This document shows positions 18,952 to 28,789 of a stretch of 64,000 nucleotides of DNA, piece after piece (within the stretch, counting starts at the first letter, position 1; each line of letters begins with the position of its first letter). The stretch spans positions 402 through 64,401 of the forward strand of contig CAZZCS010000002.1 of NCBI GenBank assembly GCA_964652645.1, read 5' to 3'. A program made the position numbers and the translations under genes. The stretch comes from an uncultured Candidatus Cloacimonadota bacterium (GTDB lineage Bacteria > Cloacimonadota > Cloacimonadia > Cloacimonadales > Cloacimonadaceae). The notes below the pieces were generated by a model. The model was not told the DNA's origin, searched no databases, and saw nothing but the letters and a program-made list of their open reading frames with translations.

Positions 18952-20436
18952 TTACTCCTTTTCCATCAATTTGAGTAGGGTAGTCAGGAGTCTCACGCCC
19001 ACGCCTGTCCCGCCGTAGGCATAGATGCCAGTCTCGCGGTCTTTGAGGGCTCCACCTGCGATGTCTATGTGAATCCAGGGCTTGTTATCCACAAATTCAC
19101 GGATAAACAATCCAGCGGTGATGGCTCCGGCAAGGGGCCCGCCCACGTTTTTCAGATCGGCAATCTCGGACTTGATGAGTTCCTTATACTCCTCATGAGC
19201 AGGAAGCTGCCAGACGTTTTCTCCGCTAAATTCAGAGGCAGTTTTTAGTTGCTCAAACCAGGCCTGGTCGTTTGTCAGAACAGCGGAATAGGCCGTGCCA
19301 AGTGCTGCTACCGCTGCCCCTGTGAGGGTGGCAATATCCAACACTTTGGTGATGTGCTCGCGCTCAATTGCATAGTGGATGGCATCGACCAGAGTCAGCC
19401 GTCCCTCGGCATCGGTATTGATCACTTCGATGGTTTTGCCGCTCATGCTGCGCAGAATATCACCAGCTCTGTAGGCTTCACCGGAGATCATATTTTCACA
19501 GGCAGCGATTACACCTACCACGTTGATCTTGAGTTTCAGGGTGGCAATAGCGGCAAAAGTGCCAATCACAGAGGCAGCGCCGCCCATATCGTTTTTCATG
19601 TTTACCATGCCCTGGGGTGTTTTTATGCAATATCCACCCGAATCGTATGTGAGGCCCTTTCCGATGAGGCCTACCAGCTCTCCCTTGCTTTCAGGATTGC
19701 CGTTGTAGCGCATTACGATGAGGCGTGGGTCGTGTTTCGAGCCGCGTCCTACTGCCAGAAAGGCGTCCATTTTGATCCTTCTGAGCTTATCCACAGCCAG
19801 GATATCGATTCCAAAGCCGTAGTCCAGGGCTGTTTTCTTGGCAAAATCGGCCAGGGTTTCTGGGGTAAGCACGTTTGCTGGCTCGTTCACGAGGTTTCGG
19901 GCAATGATGGTGGCCTCAGCATAAATCCTGCCTTCCAGGATGCCACGATTGATGTGACGGGTATTCTTCGTATCCAAAATCAGATGCAGTGCATCCAGAT
20001 GATGGAGCTTGGAGTCGCTTTGGTACTTGGTAAACTTGTACATGGAGAGCAAGCTACCTTCAGCCAAAATGTGTCCGAATGCAACATCCGAAATGGGATT
20101 TGCAAAGCCCATGAAAAGATATAAAGTCTTGGATTTGAGACCATTTGCCGTACGGGTAATGCTGGCAATCAGATTGCGCAATTTGTCTGTACTGATTGCT
20201 TCCAGATCTCCGGCTCCGCAGAGAATAATCTTTGATCGGACGTGGCCATTTACGTAGTGCAAGCTGGCAATATTCTTGTACTTAAATGTAAAAGCCTCTG
20301 CTTTGATGAATTCCTGGATCGAAGCCTTGATCTCTTCTGGTATATACTCTACCTGCTCTATGGTAGCGGTTTCGGATTGAAGGACTACAATCGTCTCCAT
20401 TACCTCTGGCAATTTTCGAATCACATCGATTTTCAT
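18952..20436 (-). CDS. pepA: leucyl aminopeptidase (M17)
   Basis: GKGLTYDSGGY, and NTDAEGRLTLVDA, the M17 signature. Confidence 0.93.
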   Translation of the reverse strand: MKIDVIRKLPEVMETIVVLQSETATIEQVEYIPEEIKASIQEFIKAEAFTFKYKNIASLHYVNGHVRSKIILCGAGDLEAISTDKLRNLIASITRTANGLKSKTLYLFMGFANPISDVAFGHILAEGSLLSMYKFTKYQSDSKLHHLDALHLILDTKNTRHINRGILEGRIYAEATIIARNLVNEPANVLTPETLADFAKKTALDYGFGIDILAVDKLRRIKMDAFLAVGRGSKHDPRLIVMRYNGNPESKGELVGLIGKGLTYDSGGYCIKTPQGMVNMKNDMGGAASVIGTFAAIATLKLKINVVGVIAACENMISGEAYRAGDILRSMSGKTIEVINTDAEGRLTLVDAIHYAIEREHITKVLDIATLTGAAVAALGTAYSAVLTNDQAWFEQLKTASEFSGENVWQLPAHEEYKELIKSEIADLKNVGGPLAGAITAGLFIREFVDNKPWIHIDIAGGALKDRETGIYAYGGTGVGVRLLTTLLKLMEKE

Positions 20437-20462
20437 TCTAACTCCTCTTATATCAATTTTCT

Positions 20463-23400
20463 TTAAAAATCCTCTGTCAAGCTGATGTAGTATGCTGGCT
20501 TGGAGACTACGCTGAGATCCGTCTGCCAGGCAACATCAAAACGTAGCACTATAAAACCCAGGTTTATCCTGGGGCCAAAACCATAGCCCATATGAATGTC
20601 CTCAAATCTACCATCTCTGATCCCGCGGAAGGTCTTGTTGTCATCCCACACTGCGCCCACATCGATAAAGGCTGAGCCTCTGACCCCCCCGATCGTGAGG
20701 GGAATGGGGAAGGCCATGGCGATGTAGTCCAGGAAGGGGTAGCGCAATTCCAGGCTTCCCATCACCTTCTTTTCACCGCTCAGTTCGCCATCATAGGCGC
20801 GTACCCCGTGGTATCCACCCAGATTGAATCGTTGGGGGTTGTTGCCAGTACTGAGACCGCCAACCAGCCTGGTAGCAAAGCTATAGCGTCTGCTAAAGAG
20901 GGAATAGGTGCGGTAGTCTATATAGGCAGTGAGAAAGTCTGATTTATCTCCGCTGGTAAAGCTCTTGCGCAGCATATACATACTACGCATTCCGATCAGG
21001 GGCCCGGTCGATCCATACAGGGCAGTGTCGTGTACCAGGGTTATACCCGGGGCTACGACCATTTCTTCATAGGGATTATCGTCCTCTATCCATCTCCCGG
21101 CAGTGTAAAACTGGTTCCATTGCCAGGAATCCAAATAGTATTCCCAGCGGTAGAGACGCATATCCAGATCTGTCCTGAAGAACTTGCTGAAGGGGTATCT
21201 ATACAGCAGATACAAGCCCTGTTCCCTCTGTCTCTGGCGATAATAATCGTCCGGCCCGGGCTTGATAAAGCGGTAGATCGTCTCGTCGTAGAGGTTGTAA
21301 ACACCTATGCCATAGTCGCTTCTCTGTTTCAGATAGAGATAACGCAAGAAGAAATTACTGTCTTCAATATCTCCGTTTGTGCTCAGATCCAGGCCAATGG
21401 CATGATTGCCCATCAGGTCGCTAAAACCGAGCTCTAGCTGGGCAATTGTCCCAAAGGCAGAGGAATAGGCCGCTCCACCCCAGAGAGTATCCAGCGAGAA
21501 CCTGGTACGATAGGGCCTGGGCTCTGGAACAACTCCCACGCTATCAGGTTTATCGTCCCAACTGTAATCCCGGAAGAGCTGCAGGGAATCTTCGGGAGCG
21601 TATTCAAAAGTTCTAAAGAAGGGATGATTGCCATCATTGAAGCGTCTGGGATTCTGTCTCTGAATCTTTCTTGGTTTGCGTCGTCCAAAGTAATCCAGAC
21701 GGCTAATATCTATCCTGGCAAAGAGATCCTCCTGGTAATCCAGGGCTTCTTCAGCCTGATGGGCAGTTTCTTCGAGGCCAGAGAAGGGGTTGTTTCCAAA
21801 ATAGATATTGAATGCTCCATCAAAGTAGGCAGAGAGGAGCACGTACTCATTATCGGTAGAAAAATCAACAGCGTTGATCCCGGAGAGCACGTTTGTAACC
21901 CGGCTGCGGGTGCCACTAATGAGATCGATAGTCTCCACATTCGAGATTTTGTCTTGCTCCGAGACAAAGTTCAGACGCTCACCGCTTCCATCCCAGGTGG
22001 GGAAGCTACAGTTGAAATCATCAAAGGTATGCTGGAAGAGGGTTCCAGTATCCAAATCGATACTGAAGATAGCGCTGAACAGATCCGAAAAGAAGCCCTT
22101 GCGAATGTTTTCTTCCCGGCGGACACGCTCAGAGCTGAAGGCAATTTTGCTGCCATCAGGAGAAAACCGGGGCTGGGCATCGTGGTATCTATCGTCTGTA
22201 AGTTTTCTTAGCTCTTGAGTTTCGATATCATAGAGATAGATGTCCGTCTGCATATTGCTCTGAGCAGATAGCGCCATGTACTTGCCGTCGGCCGATACAT
22301 CAATCTCATAGATGGATTCCACTTCCGGTAATACTACCGTGCCAGTGATCTTCGCGGTATCTACATCAAAGAAGTAGATTGTATCATCTCTTGGGGTTTT
22401 GGAGACAAAGGCAATAGTCTTGTTATCCGGAAACCAGGCGAGGCTGGAGCGGAAAAAGTAGAATTCTTCGTGCTTGGAAGTGGTTTCCCCCACGAGGATA
22501 CGTTTGGCAGGGGACAGTCCATGCAGGCCTGAGAGCCAGATGCTAAATCTGGCACCTCTATTGGAAAAGTACACATACCTTCTGCCGTCGGGAGAGAATC
22601 TTGGAGCCAGATTGAGATAGGAGCCGTCTACCTTGTTGAAGGTTCGCTGTTCATATTCTTCCTTGGGGATTTTGTGGGTGCTCACCAGGGGGAAATAGCT
22701 TCGTTTCAGGTGGTAACGCCATCTTGATTCCAGGTCGTCAAACTCCATGCCAAAGACTTTTTTGGTGGCCTCGTCCAGAGTTCCCATTGCTTTGATGGCG
22801 TAGAAATAGTCTATTACCTTATCGCGTCCGTAAGTCTCGCCGATATAGGTAAGAAATGATTCGCCCAAACGATAGGCATAGTAGCCATCTGTATAGTTCA
22901 GCTTTCCGAGGTTATCGTTTACCACCATGTCCAGCACAAACATGTTATTGTAATTGTCTTCTCCTCCGATGGCAAAGAACTCTGGCAACCCCTCGGAAAA
23001 CCAGAAGGGAAGGTAGGATTGCTTGAGGTAAGAAAAGGCATTGGGGAGTCCCTTCTCCAGGGCATTGCTATAGGCGTGGACAAGCTCGTGAGTGAGCACC
23101 TGTTCCAGCTTTGTATAGCTTCCTTCAAAGGGTAGTGCTACTCTGTTTTTGAGACTTTCAGTAAAACCACCCACACCTTCCGAGAGCACGGGGTAGATAA
23201 TATTCGTAGCTTGAAACTCGGCTCTGGAGCCATACACTACCAGAGGTATTCTGGATCCGATGGGAAACTGCAGCCCGTCTTTGAGGTAGTAGTAGGTGTC
23301 TTCAGCCATAAGCGCAACCATGCGGCCAAAATCATCGTTCCCCTTGGGGTAGTGGACATCAAAGTGCATCGTTTCTATCACAGACCAATCGACGGGACGG

Positions 23401-23489
23401 GAATTGACCTTGTTCTGGCCAAAGTAGTAGCCGCTCAGTCCGGAGATTGCCAGGAGAGCAAGGGCTAGCACAAAAAGTTGTCTTTTCAT
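20463..23489 (-). CDS. outer-membrane protein: Peptidase_MA-like domain + PD40/TolB-like beta-propeller + Omp85 (Bac_surface_Ag) beta-barrel
   Basis: Has a signal peptide. THELVHAY...PFWFSEGLPEF matches HExxH...W..EG.A.F of Peptidase_MA_2. Four or more PD40 repeats are present (FSPDGRRYVYFS, PRFSPDGSKIAFSS). The C-terminal barrel has GGYHGVRAY, ELRYPF and GYGFGPRINLG...RFDVAWQ, and the protein ends ...LTEDF. Confidence 0.7.
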   Translation of the reverse strand: MKRQLFVLALALLAISGLSGYYFGQNKVNSRPVDWSVIETMHFDVHYPKGNDDFGRMVALMAEDTYYYLKDGLQFPIGSRIPLVVYGSRAEFQATNIIYPVLSEGVGGFTESLKNRVALPFEGSYTKLEQVLTHELVHAYSNALEKGLPNAFSYLKQSYLPFWFSEGLPEFFAIGGEDNYNNMFVLDMVVNDNLGKLNYTDGYYAYRLGESFLTYIGETYGRDKVIDYFYAIKAMGTLDEATKKVFGMEFDDLESRWRYHLKRSYFPLVSTHKIPKEEYEQRTFNKVDGSYLNLAPRFSPDGRRYVYFSNRGARFSIWLSGLHGLSPAKRILVGETTSKHEEFYFFRSSLAWFPDNKTIAFVSKTPRDDTIYFFDVDTAKITGTVVLPEVESIYEIDVSADGKYMALSAQSNMQTDIYLYDIETQELRKLTDDRYHDAQPRFSPDGSKIAFSSERVRREENIRKGFFSDLFSAIFSIDLDTGTLFQHTFDDFNCSFPTWDGSGERLNFVSEQDKISNVETIDLISGTRSRVTNVLSGINAVDFSTDNEYVLLSAYFDGAFNIYFGNNPFSGLEETAHQAEEALDYQEDLFARIDISRLDYFGRRKPRKIQRQNPRRFNDGNHPFFRTFEYAPEDSLQLFRDYSWDDKPDSVGVVPEPRPYRTRFSLDTLWGGAAYSSAFGTIAQLELGFSDLMGNHAIGLDLSTNGDIEDSNFFLRYLYLKQRSDYGIGVYNLYDETIYRFIKPGPDDYYRQRQREQGLYLLYRYPFSKFFRTDLDMRLYRWEYYLDSWQWNQFYTAGRWIEDDNPYEEMVVAPGITLVHDTALYGSTGPLIGMRSMYMLRKSFTSGDKSDFLTAYIDYRTYSLFSRRYSFATRLVGGLSTGNNPQRFNLGGYHGVRAYDGELSGEKKVMGSLELRYPFLDYIAMAFPIPLTIGGVRGSAFIDVGAVWDDNKTFRGIRDGRFEDIHMGYGFGPRINLGFIVLRFDVAWQTDLSVVSKPAYYISLTEDF

Positions 23490-23501
23490 TTATTCCTTTT
23501 C

Positions 23502-24404
23502 TTAAAACACGCTAAAGTTGAAGTACTTCCGCGGATTTGCCCGGACATCGGAGATCAACGCTTCCAGGCTCTCGACGGAGCCAAGCAGCTTGTCGTACAA
23601 TTCCTGGTCCTGCAGCAGTTTCCCTGCTGTGCCTTCCCCCCGTCCCACTCCTGCCAGGGCAGAATTGAGGTCTCTGGACAGGTATCTCAGGCTGTCTATA
23701 GTTGTGGCGAGGTTATCCATCAGAGGCGGGGCTTTGGCCAGGGTAGAGCTCAGGTTTTCTTTGTTTCCGGAGGCAAGCTCTTTGATCTCCAGGATGGTGC
23801 TGTCCACCATGTGCAGTGTCTTCTGCATCCGCTGTTCCAGCTGCTGTACAGAGCTGTCCACGCTGTGGATTGTGCCTGTGGCTGTAACTATCATCTGGCT
23901 GGATTTATCCAGGAGGCCATTATCCTCACGAAGTGTTCCCAGGATCACCCGAAATTCATCGATGGCTTCGATCCCTTTGGCAATTGCGGACATCATTCCT
24001 GGCCCGGAGATGCCTCTTTGGATCTGGTCTGGAGAAAGTAGTTTGTCCCCGTTTCCGGGCTCGATTATCAGTTGCTTGCCCCCCATGAGGCTGCTATCTG
24101 TCACGTAGAACCTGCTACCCTCGGCCAGGCTGATATCCCTGCTGATCCGGATTGTGCACAGGATCCCGTCCGGAGAGAGCTGCACGTTCCTGACCCTGCC
24201 CACTTCCATGCCACGGTAGCTGATCTTGTCTCCAATCTCCAGGCCACCCACATCGTCGAAGAGGATCACTAGCTGCTGTTGGTTCTGGTTGTTCAGCCTG
24301 TTTGTAAGCCAGGCATAAGAGACAATGAAGAGCACGATGATGCTCAGGCTAAAGAGACCCACCCGGAAATTGATTTTGCCAAATCCTTTGTAAAATGATG
24401 TCAT
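23502..24404 (-). CDS. mlaD: MlaD/MCE-domain protein
   Basis: N-terminal TM helix, then the MCE fold pattern FDDVGGLEIGDKISYRGMEVGRVRNVQLSPDG, and a long helical C-terminus. Confidence 0.8.
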   Translation of the reverse strand: MTSFYKGFGKINFRVGLFSLSIIVLFIVSYAWLTNRLNNQNQQQLVILFDDVGGLEIGDKISYRGMEVGRVRNVQLSPDGILCTIRISRDISLAEGSRFYVTDSSLMGGKQLIIEPGNGDKLLSPDQIQRGISGPGMMSAIAKGIEAIDEFRVILGTLREDNGLLDKSSQMIVTATGTIHSVDSSVQQLEQRMQKTLHMVDSTILEIKELASGNKENLSSTLAKAPPLMDNLATTIDSLRYLSRDLNSALAGVGRGEGTAGKLLQDQELYDKLLGSVESLEALISDVRANPRKYFNFSVF

Positions 24405-24412
24405 ATAATACC

Positions 24413-25660
24413 TTAGGTTTTCAGTTCCTTCTTCTGGGCAGCAGGGAAGAGGATGTTGTTGAGGATGAGTCGATACCCGGGAGAGCTTTTATGAAGATCC
24501 AGAATCGTTTCCGGATCTCCTACTCGATGCTGGTAATCTTCGGGATCGTGCCCACCAAAGAAGGTAAAAGTCCCCTTGCCAAGATTGCCATGCAAGTAGC
24601 GAACTTCGTTCTGCCCCGGAACCTCAGCCAGGATAATCACGCTCTTTTTTACTTTATCTTTGAAGAAGGCTGTAGTCTGTCCCAGGAAACCATTGACGAT
24701 ATTTGTGTGATTTTGGGTGAGCATGGTAGGCACTGGGTCGTATTTGGCCGAGAAATCAAATAGCTGAAAGTAATCGGCCTCTGCTCCGCGAAGCCTGGAA
24801 TAATCTGAGGCATCAATATCGGAAAACTCATATTCGAAGGGATTGGTCTTGAGGCTGAAGTTTTCAAAGGCAAAGGTGCGTTCAAAATTGAGCTTCTCCC
24901 GGTAATTGGGGTCCACTCCATCTCCATCCAGAGCCGCCTCCACGATGTCCACACCCTTGGCTGCCAGAGCTATATCTATTGTGTCTGTCGCGGCACACAT
25001 GGCAAAGAGGAAGCCGCCATTCTCCACATAATCCCTGATCCTGGCTGCTACGGCATGCTTGAGCTGCCACACCTTGTCAAACCCGAGGCGAGCCGCCATT
25101 GCTTCATTGGCGCGAACGTCGTTTTGATACCATTGGGCGTGGCGGTAGGAGCCGTAAAACTTGCCATATTGTCCCGTGAAATCTTCATGGTGCAGATGCA
25201 GCCAGTCATAGTCGTTCAGCTTTCCATTGAGCACTTCCTCGTCCCAAAGCGTGTCATAATCGATCTCAGCATAGACCAGAGCCATGCTGACGGCATCGTC
25301 CCATGGCATCATGGTGGGGGGGATGTAGACGGCGATTTTGGGTTCCTTCTCCAACACCACCACTTCCATATTCGCTTCCTGGATTTCACTATAGATTGCG
25401 GCGACTTGTGCTCCCCCGATTCGCTCAAAGCGTACACCCCGGATATTGCAGATATTGGCAATATCGGTAGCATCGGGGAAGAGAAAGGAGCCACCCCGGT
25501 AGTTGAGAAGCCACTTCACAACGTGCTGATCCTTCAGAGCTTGAAAGGCAACCCCATAAGCTTTCAGATGGTTCGTCTGCGTGATGTCCATGGGCACCAA
25601 AATCTCGGCTCCCAATGTCCCAATCAACAACAGTATCAACAAGATAAGTGCTTTTCTCAT
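24413..25660 (-). CDS. secreted conserved hypothetical protein, possibly class-I glutamine-amidotransferase-like fold
   Basis: Has a signal peptide. TQTNHLKAYG...WLLNYRGGSF and GGFLFAMCAATD (a nucleophile-elbow-like Cys). I recall homologues in FCB-group genomes being labelled asparagine synthetase B. Function unknown. Confidence 0.45.
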   Translation of the reverse strand: MRKALILLILLLIGTLGAEILVPMDITQTNHLKAYGVAFQALKDQHVVKWLLNYRGGSFLFPDATDIANICNIRGVRFERIGGAQVAAIYSEIQEANMEVVVLEKEPKIAVYIPPTMMPWDDAVSMALVYAEIDYDTLWDEEVLNGKLNDYDWLHLHHEDFTGQYGKFYGSYRHAQWYQNDVRANEAMAARLGFDKVWQLKHAVAARIRDYVENGGFLFAMCAATDTIDIALAAKGVDIVEAALDGDGVDPNYREKLNFERTFAFENFSLKTNPFEYEFSDIDASDYSRLRGAEADYFQLFDFSAKYDPVPTMLTQNHTNIVNGFLGQTTAFFKDKVKKSVIILAEVPGQNEVRYLHGNLGKGTFTFFGGHDPEDYQHRVGDPETILDLHKSSPGYRLILNNILFPAAQKKELKT

Positions 25661-25819
25661 TTATCATTGTCCTTTTCAATCATTTACCTGGCAGAAGCCA
25701 GAGTCCATAGGGCTTCTGTACTACTTTGCAAGTTCTCCACCAAGGCAGTGATTCAGGTGCAAAAATCCCAAATCAGCCCTTTTGGTGTCAAGACAAATCT
25801 CTATTTTAGGTGCTTTTCG

Positions 25820-25845
25820 CCAAAACACTGAGCTAAATGCTCAGT
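25820..25845 (-). terminator. candidate terminator after the short cca-like gene
   Basis: The minus strand reads ACTGAGC-attta-GCTCAGT followed by GTTTTGG. The stem is short and the U-tract weak. Confidence 0.4.
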
Positions 25846-25887
25846 CCGGCCTGCGCGCCAGCTATTACTCCCGGCTCCCCTTTGGTG

Positions 25888-26577
25888 CTAGATCAAGCCA
25901 CAATCCCGCAGTAAATGGCGGGCACGTTCTTTATCCTTAGAGGACATAATCTTTAGCATCTCTCTGGTATGAAGTACTTTAGATAGATTCTTCAAAGAGC
26001 CAGGGCTCAGCCTTAGAGCGCTATATGTATCGGTCTCAATCTCAAACCCAAGCTGCAGGGCAAAACGGATAGCCCTCAGTATGCGCAGCGGGTCTTCAGC
26101 AAAGACCTGCAAAGGGTCTCTGATACAGCGGATCAGCCCTGCCTCGAGATCGCTCAATCCCATCTGGCACAGATCCAGCACTTCGCCAGTGAAGATATCC
26201 ATCAACAGGGAGTTGATCGTAAAATCCCGTCTCAGGACGTCTGTCCTCAGATCGGCAAATTCGACTCTGGGATTCCGGTTTCCAGGCTTGTAAGTCTCGC
26301 TGCGGGTCATTACAAACTCCAGGCTTAAGCCTTGATAAGCCAGGCTCGCAGTCCCAAATTTACTGTGAATCACGGGTTTGGGCAGGTTCCACAAAACACT
26401 GAGATATTTTGCCAACTGGATCCCGCCATCCGGCAGGTTCACACAAATATCAAAATCCAGTGCTGCTCTACCTAAAAGATAATCACGAACCGCACCCCCA
26501 GCCAGATATACCTTGCCAGCATAATCTGTATCCAGCAGGGGCTTGCGTAGTAATTCTCTCAAATCTTGCAAGTTCAT
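25888..26577 (-). CDS. tRNA nucleotidyltransferase/poly(A) polymerase family protein, head+neck only (229 aa)
   Basis: GGAVRDYLLGR..LDFDI (GGxVRD...DxD), RRDFTINSL and EDPLRILRAIRFA motifs. It ends about 150-250 aa earlier than canonical CCA-adding enzymes. ATGA overlap with the hemW stop. Confidence 0.75.
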   Translation of the reverse strand: MNLQDLRELLRKPLLDTDYAGKVYLAGGAVRDYLLGRAALDFDICVNLPDGGIQLAKYLSVLWNLPKPVIHSKFGTASLAYQGLSLEFVMTRSETYKPGNRNPRVEFADLRTDVLRRDFTINSLLMDIFTGEVLDLCQMGLSDLEAGLIRCIRDPLQVFAEDPLRILRAIRFALQLGFEIETDTYSALRLSPGSLKNLSKVLHTREMLKIMSSKDKERARHLLRDCGLI

Positions 26578-27743
26578 ATCAGCTCCGCAATTACAGCATT
26601 GGAGACAAAGAGCGCTTCCTTAGTGAGCCTGATGCTGTCTCCAGAAAGGCTCAGCATCCCCAGCTTCTGCATTTTTGCCAAGGGCTCCTGGCAGTCTTCC
26701 AGAAATGAAGTGCCAAACTTCGCTTTGTATTCGGATAAACTGAGACCTTTCAATAGCCTCAGTCTCATCATTATATACTCGCTTTTCAGGTCTTCCCTGC
26801 TCAGAGATTGCTTGTTTGGATAGATAATGCCTTCGGACACAGAGCGATAGTAAGATGGCAGATCTGCCTCATTTTGATACCTGATCCCATCTACAAACCC
26901 GGCAGCAGAAGCACCCAAAGCTAGATAATTCCGGGATTTCCAATAGGCAAGATTGTGTCTGGAATGGTAGCCCGGGCGACTAAAGTTTGAGATTTCATAC
27001 TGTACGAAGCCACTGCCGGCCAACAGTTTACAGATCAACTGGTACTGAGCTGCACAGGTCTCATCATCTGGCAGCGAAACACCCCTTTGATACATGGCTG
27101 ATTCTGGCTCCAAACTCAGCAGATAGCAGGAGATGTGTTCCGAGCAGAGCCAAAGGTACTGCTCAAGAACGGCTTCCAGGCTATCCAGGCTCATGCCAGG
27201 TAGTCCGTACATCAGATCCATGGATATATTGTCGTATCCTGCCTCCCGGCAGAGCTTTAGCTTGTGCTGAATCTGATCAGACTTGTGTCTTCGGCCCAAA
27301 AATGCTAAATCGGAATCGTGCATGGACTGCAATCCGAGGCTGAGCCTGTTGATCGGAGTCTTACGCAGCTCAATCAGATAGTCGGGCGTGATCTGGATCG
27401 GATTGATCTCGAGGGTCAGTTCACTCCCTTGGGGACATGGGAATGATCCAGGATCCTGGGCTAGCAGTTTTGAGAGGATGGAATTGATCTGATCTGCAGA
27501 GAGCAGAGAGGGACTTCCCCCGCCAAAGTAAACTGTAAAAGGATCTCTGCTGTCACTACGGATGCTGGAGAGTTCAGCCTGATAGAGGTCTATCTCATCC
27601 AGAAGGACGCTGTGATATCTGGCGACTTCACTTCTGGAGTAGGGCAGTGAGAAAAAGCTGCAATACTCACATTGGGAAAGGCAAAAAGGGATGTGCAGAT
27701 AGATCGAGCGAGTTACTTCGCCAATCTGAAGATCCTCTTCCAT
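26574..27743 (-). CDS. hemW: radical SAM heme chaperone HemW (HemN-like)
   Basis: YLHIPFCLSQCEYCSF (CxxxCxxC), GGGSPS, and a HemN_C-like C-terminus. Confidence 0.88.
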   Translation of the reverse strand: MEEDLQIGEVTRSIYLHIPFCLSQCEYCSFFSLPYSRSEVARYHSVLLDEIDLYQAELSSIRSDSRDPFTVYFGGGSPSLLSADQINSILSKLLAQDPGSFPCPQGSELTLEINPIQITPDYLIELRKTPINRLSLGLQSMHDSDLAFLGRRHKSDQIQHKLKLCREAGYDNISMDLMYGLPGMSLDSLEAVLEQYLWLCSEHISCYLLSLEPESAMYQRGVSLPDDETCAAQYQLICKLLAGSGFVQYEISNFSRPGYHSRHNLAYWKSRNYLALGASAAGFVDGIRYQNEADLPSYYRSVSEGIIYPNKQSLSREDLKSEYIMMRLRLLKGLSLSEYKAKFGTSFLEDCQEPLAKMQKLGMLSLSGDSIRLTKEALFVSNAVIAELI

Positions 27744-28621
27744 CTGATGTGTGGTTTATCGTATAACTTGTTGTATTCTATTCCTTTGGACCAGAAGATC
27801 AGCCACGGAGTCCCCGTGATATCCTTGCGATCCAAAAAGCCCCAGTACCGGCTATCTTCACTCACGTCCCGGTTGTCGCCCATCACAAAGTATTTGCCCT
27901 CAGGCACTACAACAGGGCCAAACCAATCCCGGTTGAAGATGGATCTGTTGCCTATTTTGTAGTCTTTGTACCAGGCGGAGAGAGTCACATAGTCTATGCT
28001 GTTTGGGTAGAAGCGATGATCGTGAATCACATAGGGCGAAGCTGGTGGGGATGGCTCTGCCACGCCATAACATTCGTAACCCCGCTCAAAGAGTTCGCCA
28101 TTGATAAACACCTGCTTGTTTACCACCTCAATCGTATCGCCGGGAACGCCTATTACTCGTTTCACGACGTTTTTCCGGGCGTAGTATGTGAGGTGCAAAA
28201 AGGTGAGGGGAAACTGGTTGAAGGAGTCTTTTTTATTTAGGTATAGGGGATGAAAGATCTTGATAAAATCGTCTGCAGAATCCTTGTGTTCCGGTGTCCC
28301 TTCCTCGATCTTGGGGTATCTGAAAGTGACGATATCCTCGCGCTTGGGATCTGTGAAATAGTACTTCATCTTGTTAGCAACCAGATAATCGCCCACCATT
28401 AGTGTCTTCTCCATGGAGGGAGTGGGGATCATAAAGTTCTGGAATGTATAGTTTCGGATGATCATAGCAACCACAAAGGCAAAGAGGATAGCCTCTACCC
28501 AATCCTGGACAAAAGGTTTCTTTTTGCGGAACTTCTTCACTTCTGGAATAGGGGACACAGAAGGGATTTCGTCTCTTACATTTTTCTTGAATTTATCACT
28601 TGATCCAGTTTTAACACTCAT
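27713..28621 (-). CDS. lepB: signal peptidase I
   Basis: IPTPSMEKTLMVGD (catalytic Ser), VKRVIGVPGD (Lys) and GDNRDVSEDSRYWGF. Confidence 0.9.
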   Translation of the reverse strand: MSVKTGSSDKFKKNVRDEIPSVSPIPEVKKFRKKKPFVQDWVEAILFAFVVAMIIRNYTFQNFMIPTPSMEKTLMVGDYLVANKMKYYFTDPKREDIVTFRYPKIEEGTPEHKDSADDFIKIFHPLYLNKKDSFNQFPLTFLHLTYYARKNVVKRVIGVPGDTIEVVNKQVFINGELFERGYECYGVAEPSPPASPYVIHDHRFYPNSIDYVTLSAWYKDYKIGNRSIFNRDWFGPVVVPEGKYFVMGDNRDVSEDSRYWGFLDRKDITGTPWLIFWSKGIEYNKLYDKPHIRWKRIFRLAK

Positions 28622-28789
28622 TTCAGACCATTTCCTAAAAGTTTATCTATTATGCAGGACAGACTCCGCAGTGGCGGTTTTATGTCAAGGACTTCGAACT
28701 GCTTTATTTAGGCTCGAGAGTTTCATCATTGAGACGCTTTAGTATTCTGTGCCTGTTTTCTCCCCTGCTTCCAGGATGCTTCCCCTCAG

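Noticed and set aside
19787-19795. A perfect DnaA box TTATCCACA, plus an 8/9 match TTATCCACT at 956-964, raising the possibility of an origin of replication.
   Set aside because: These are isolated single boxes, one inside pepA and one in a hairpin loop. There is no cluster of boxes, no AT-rich unwinding element, and no dnaA or dnaN nearby.
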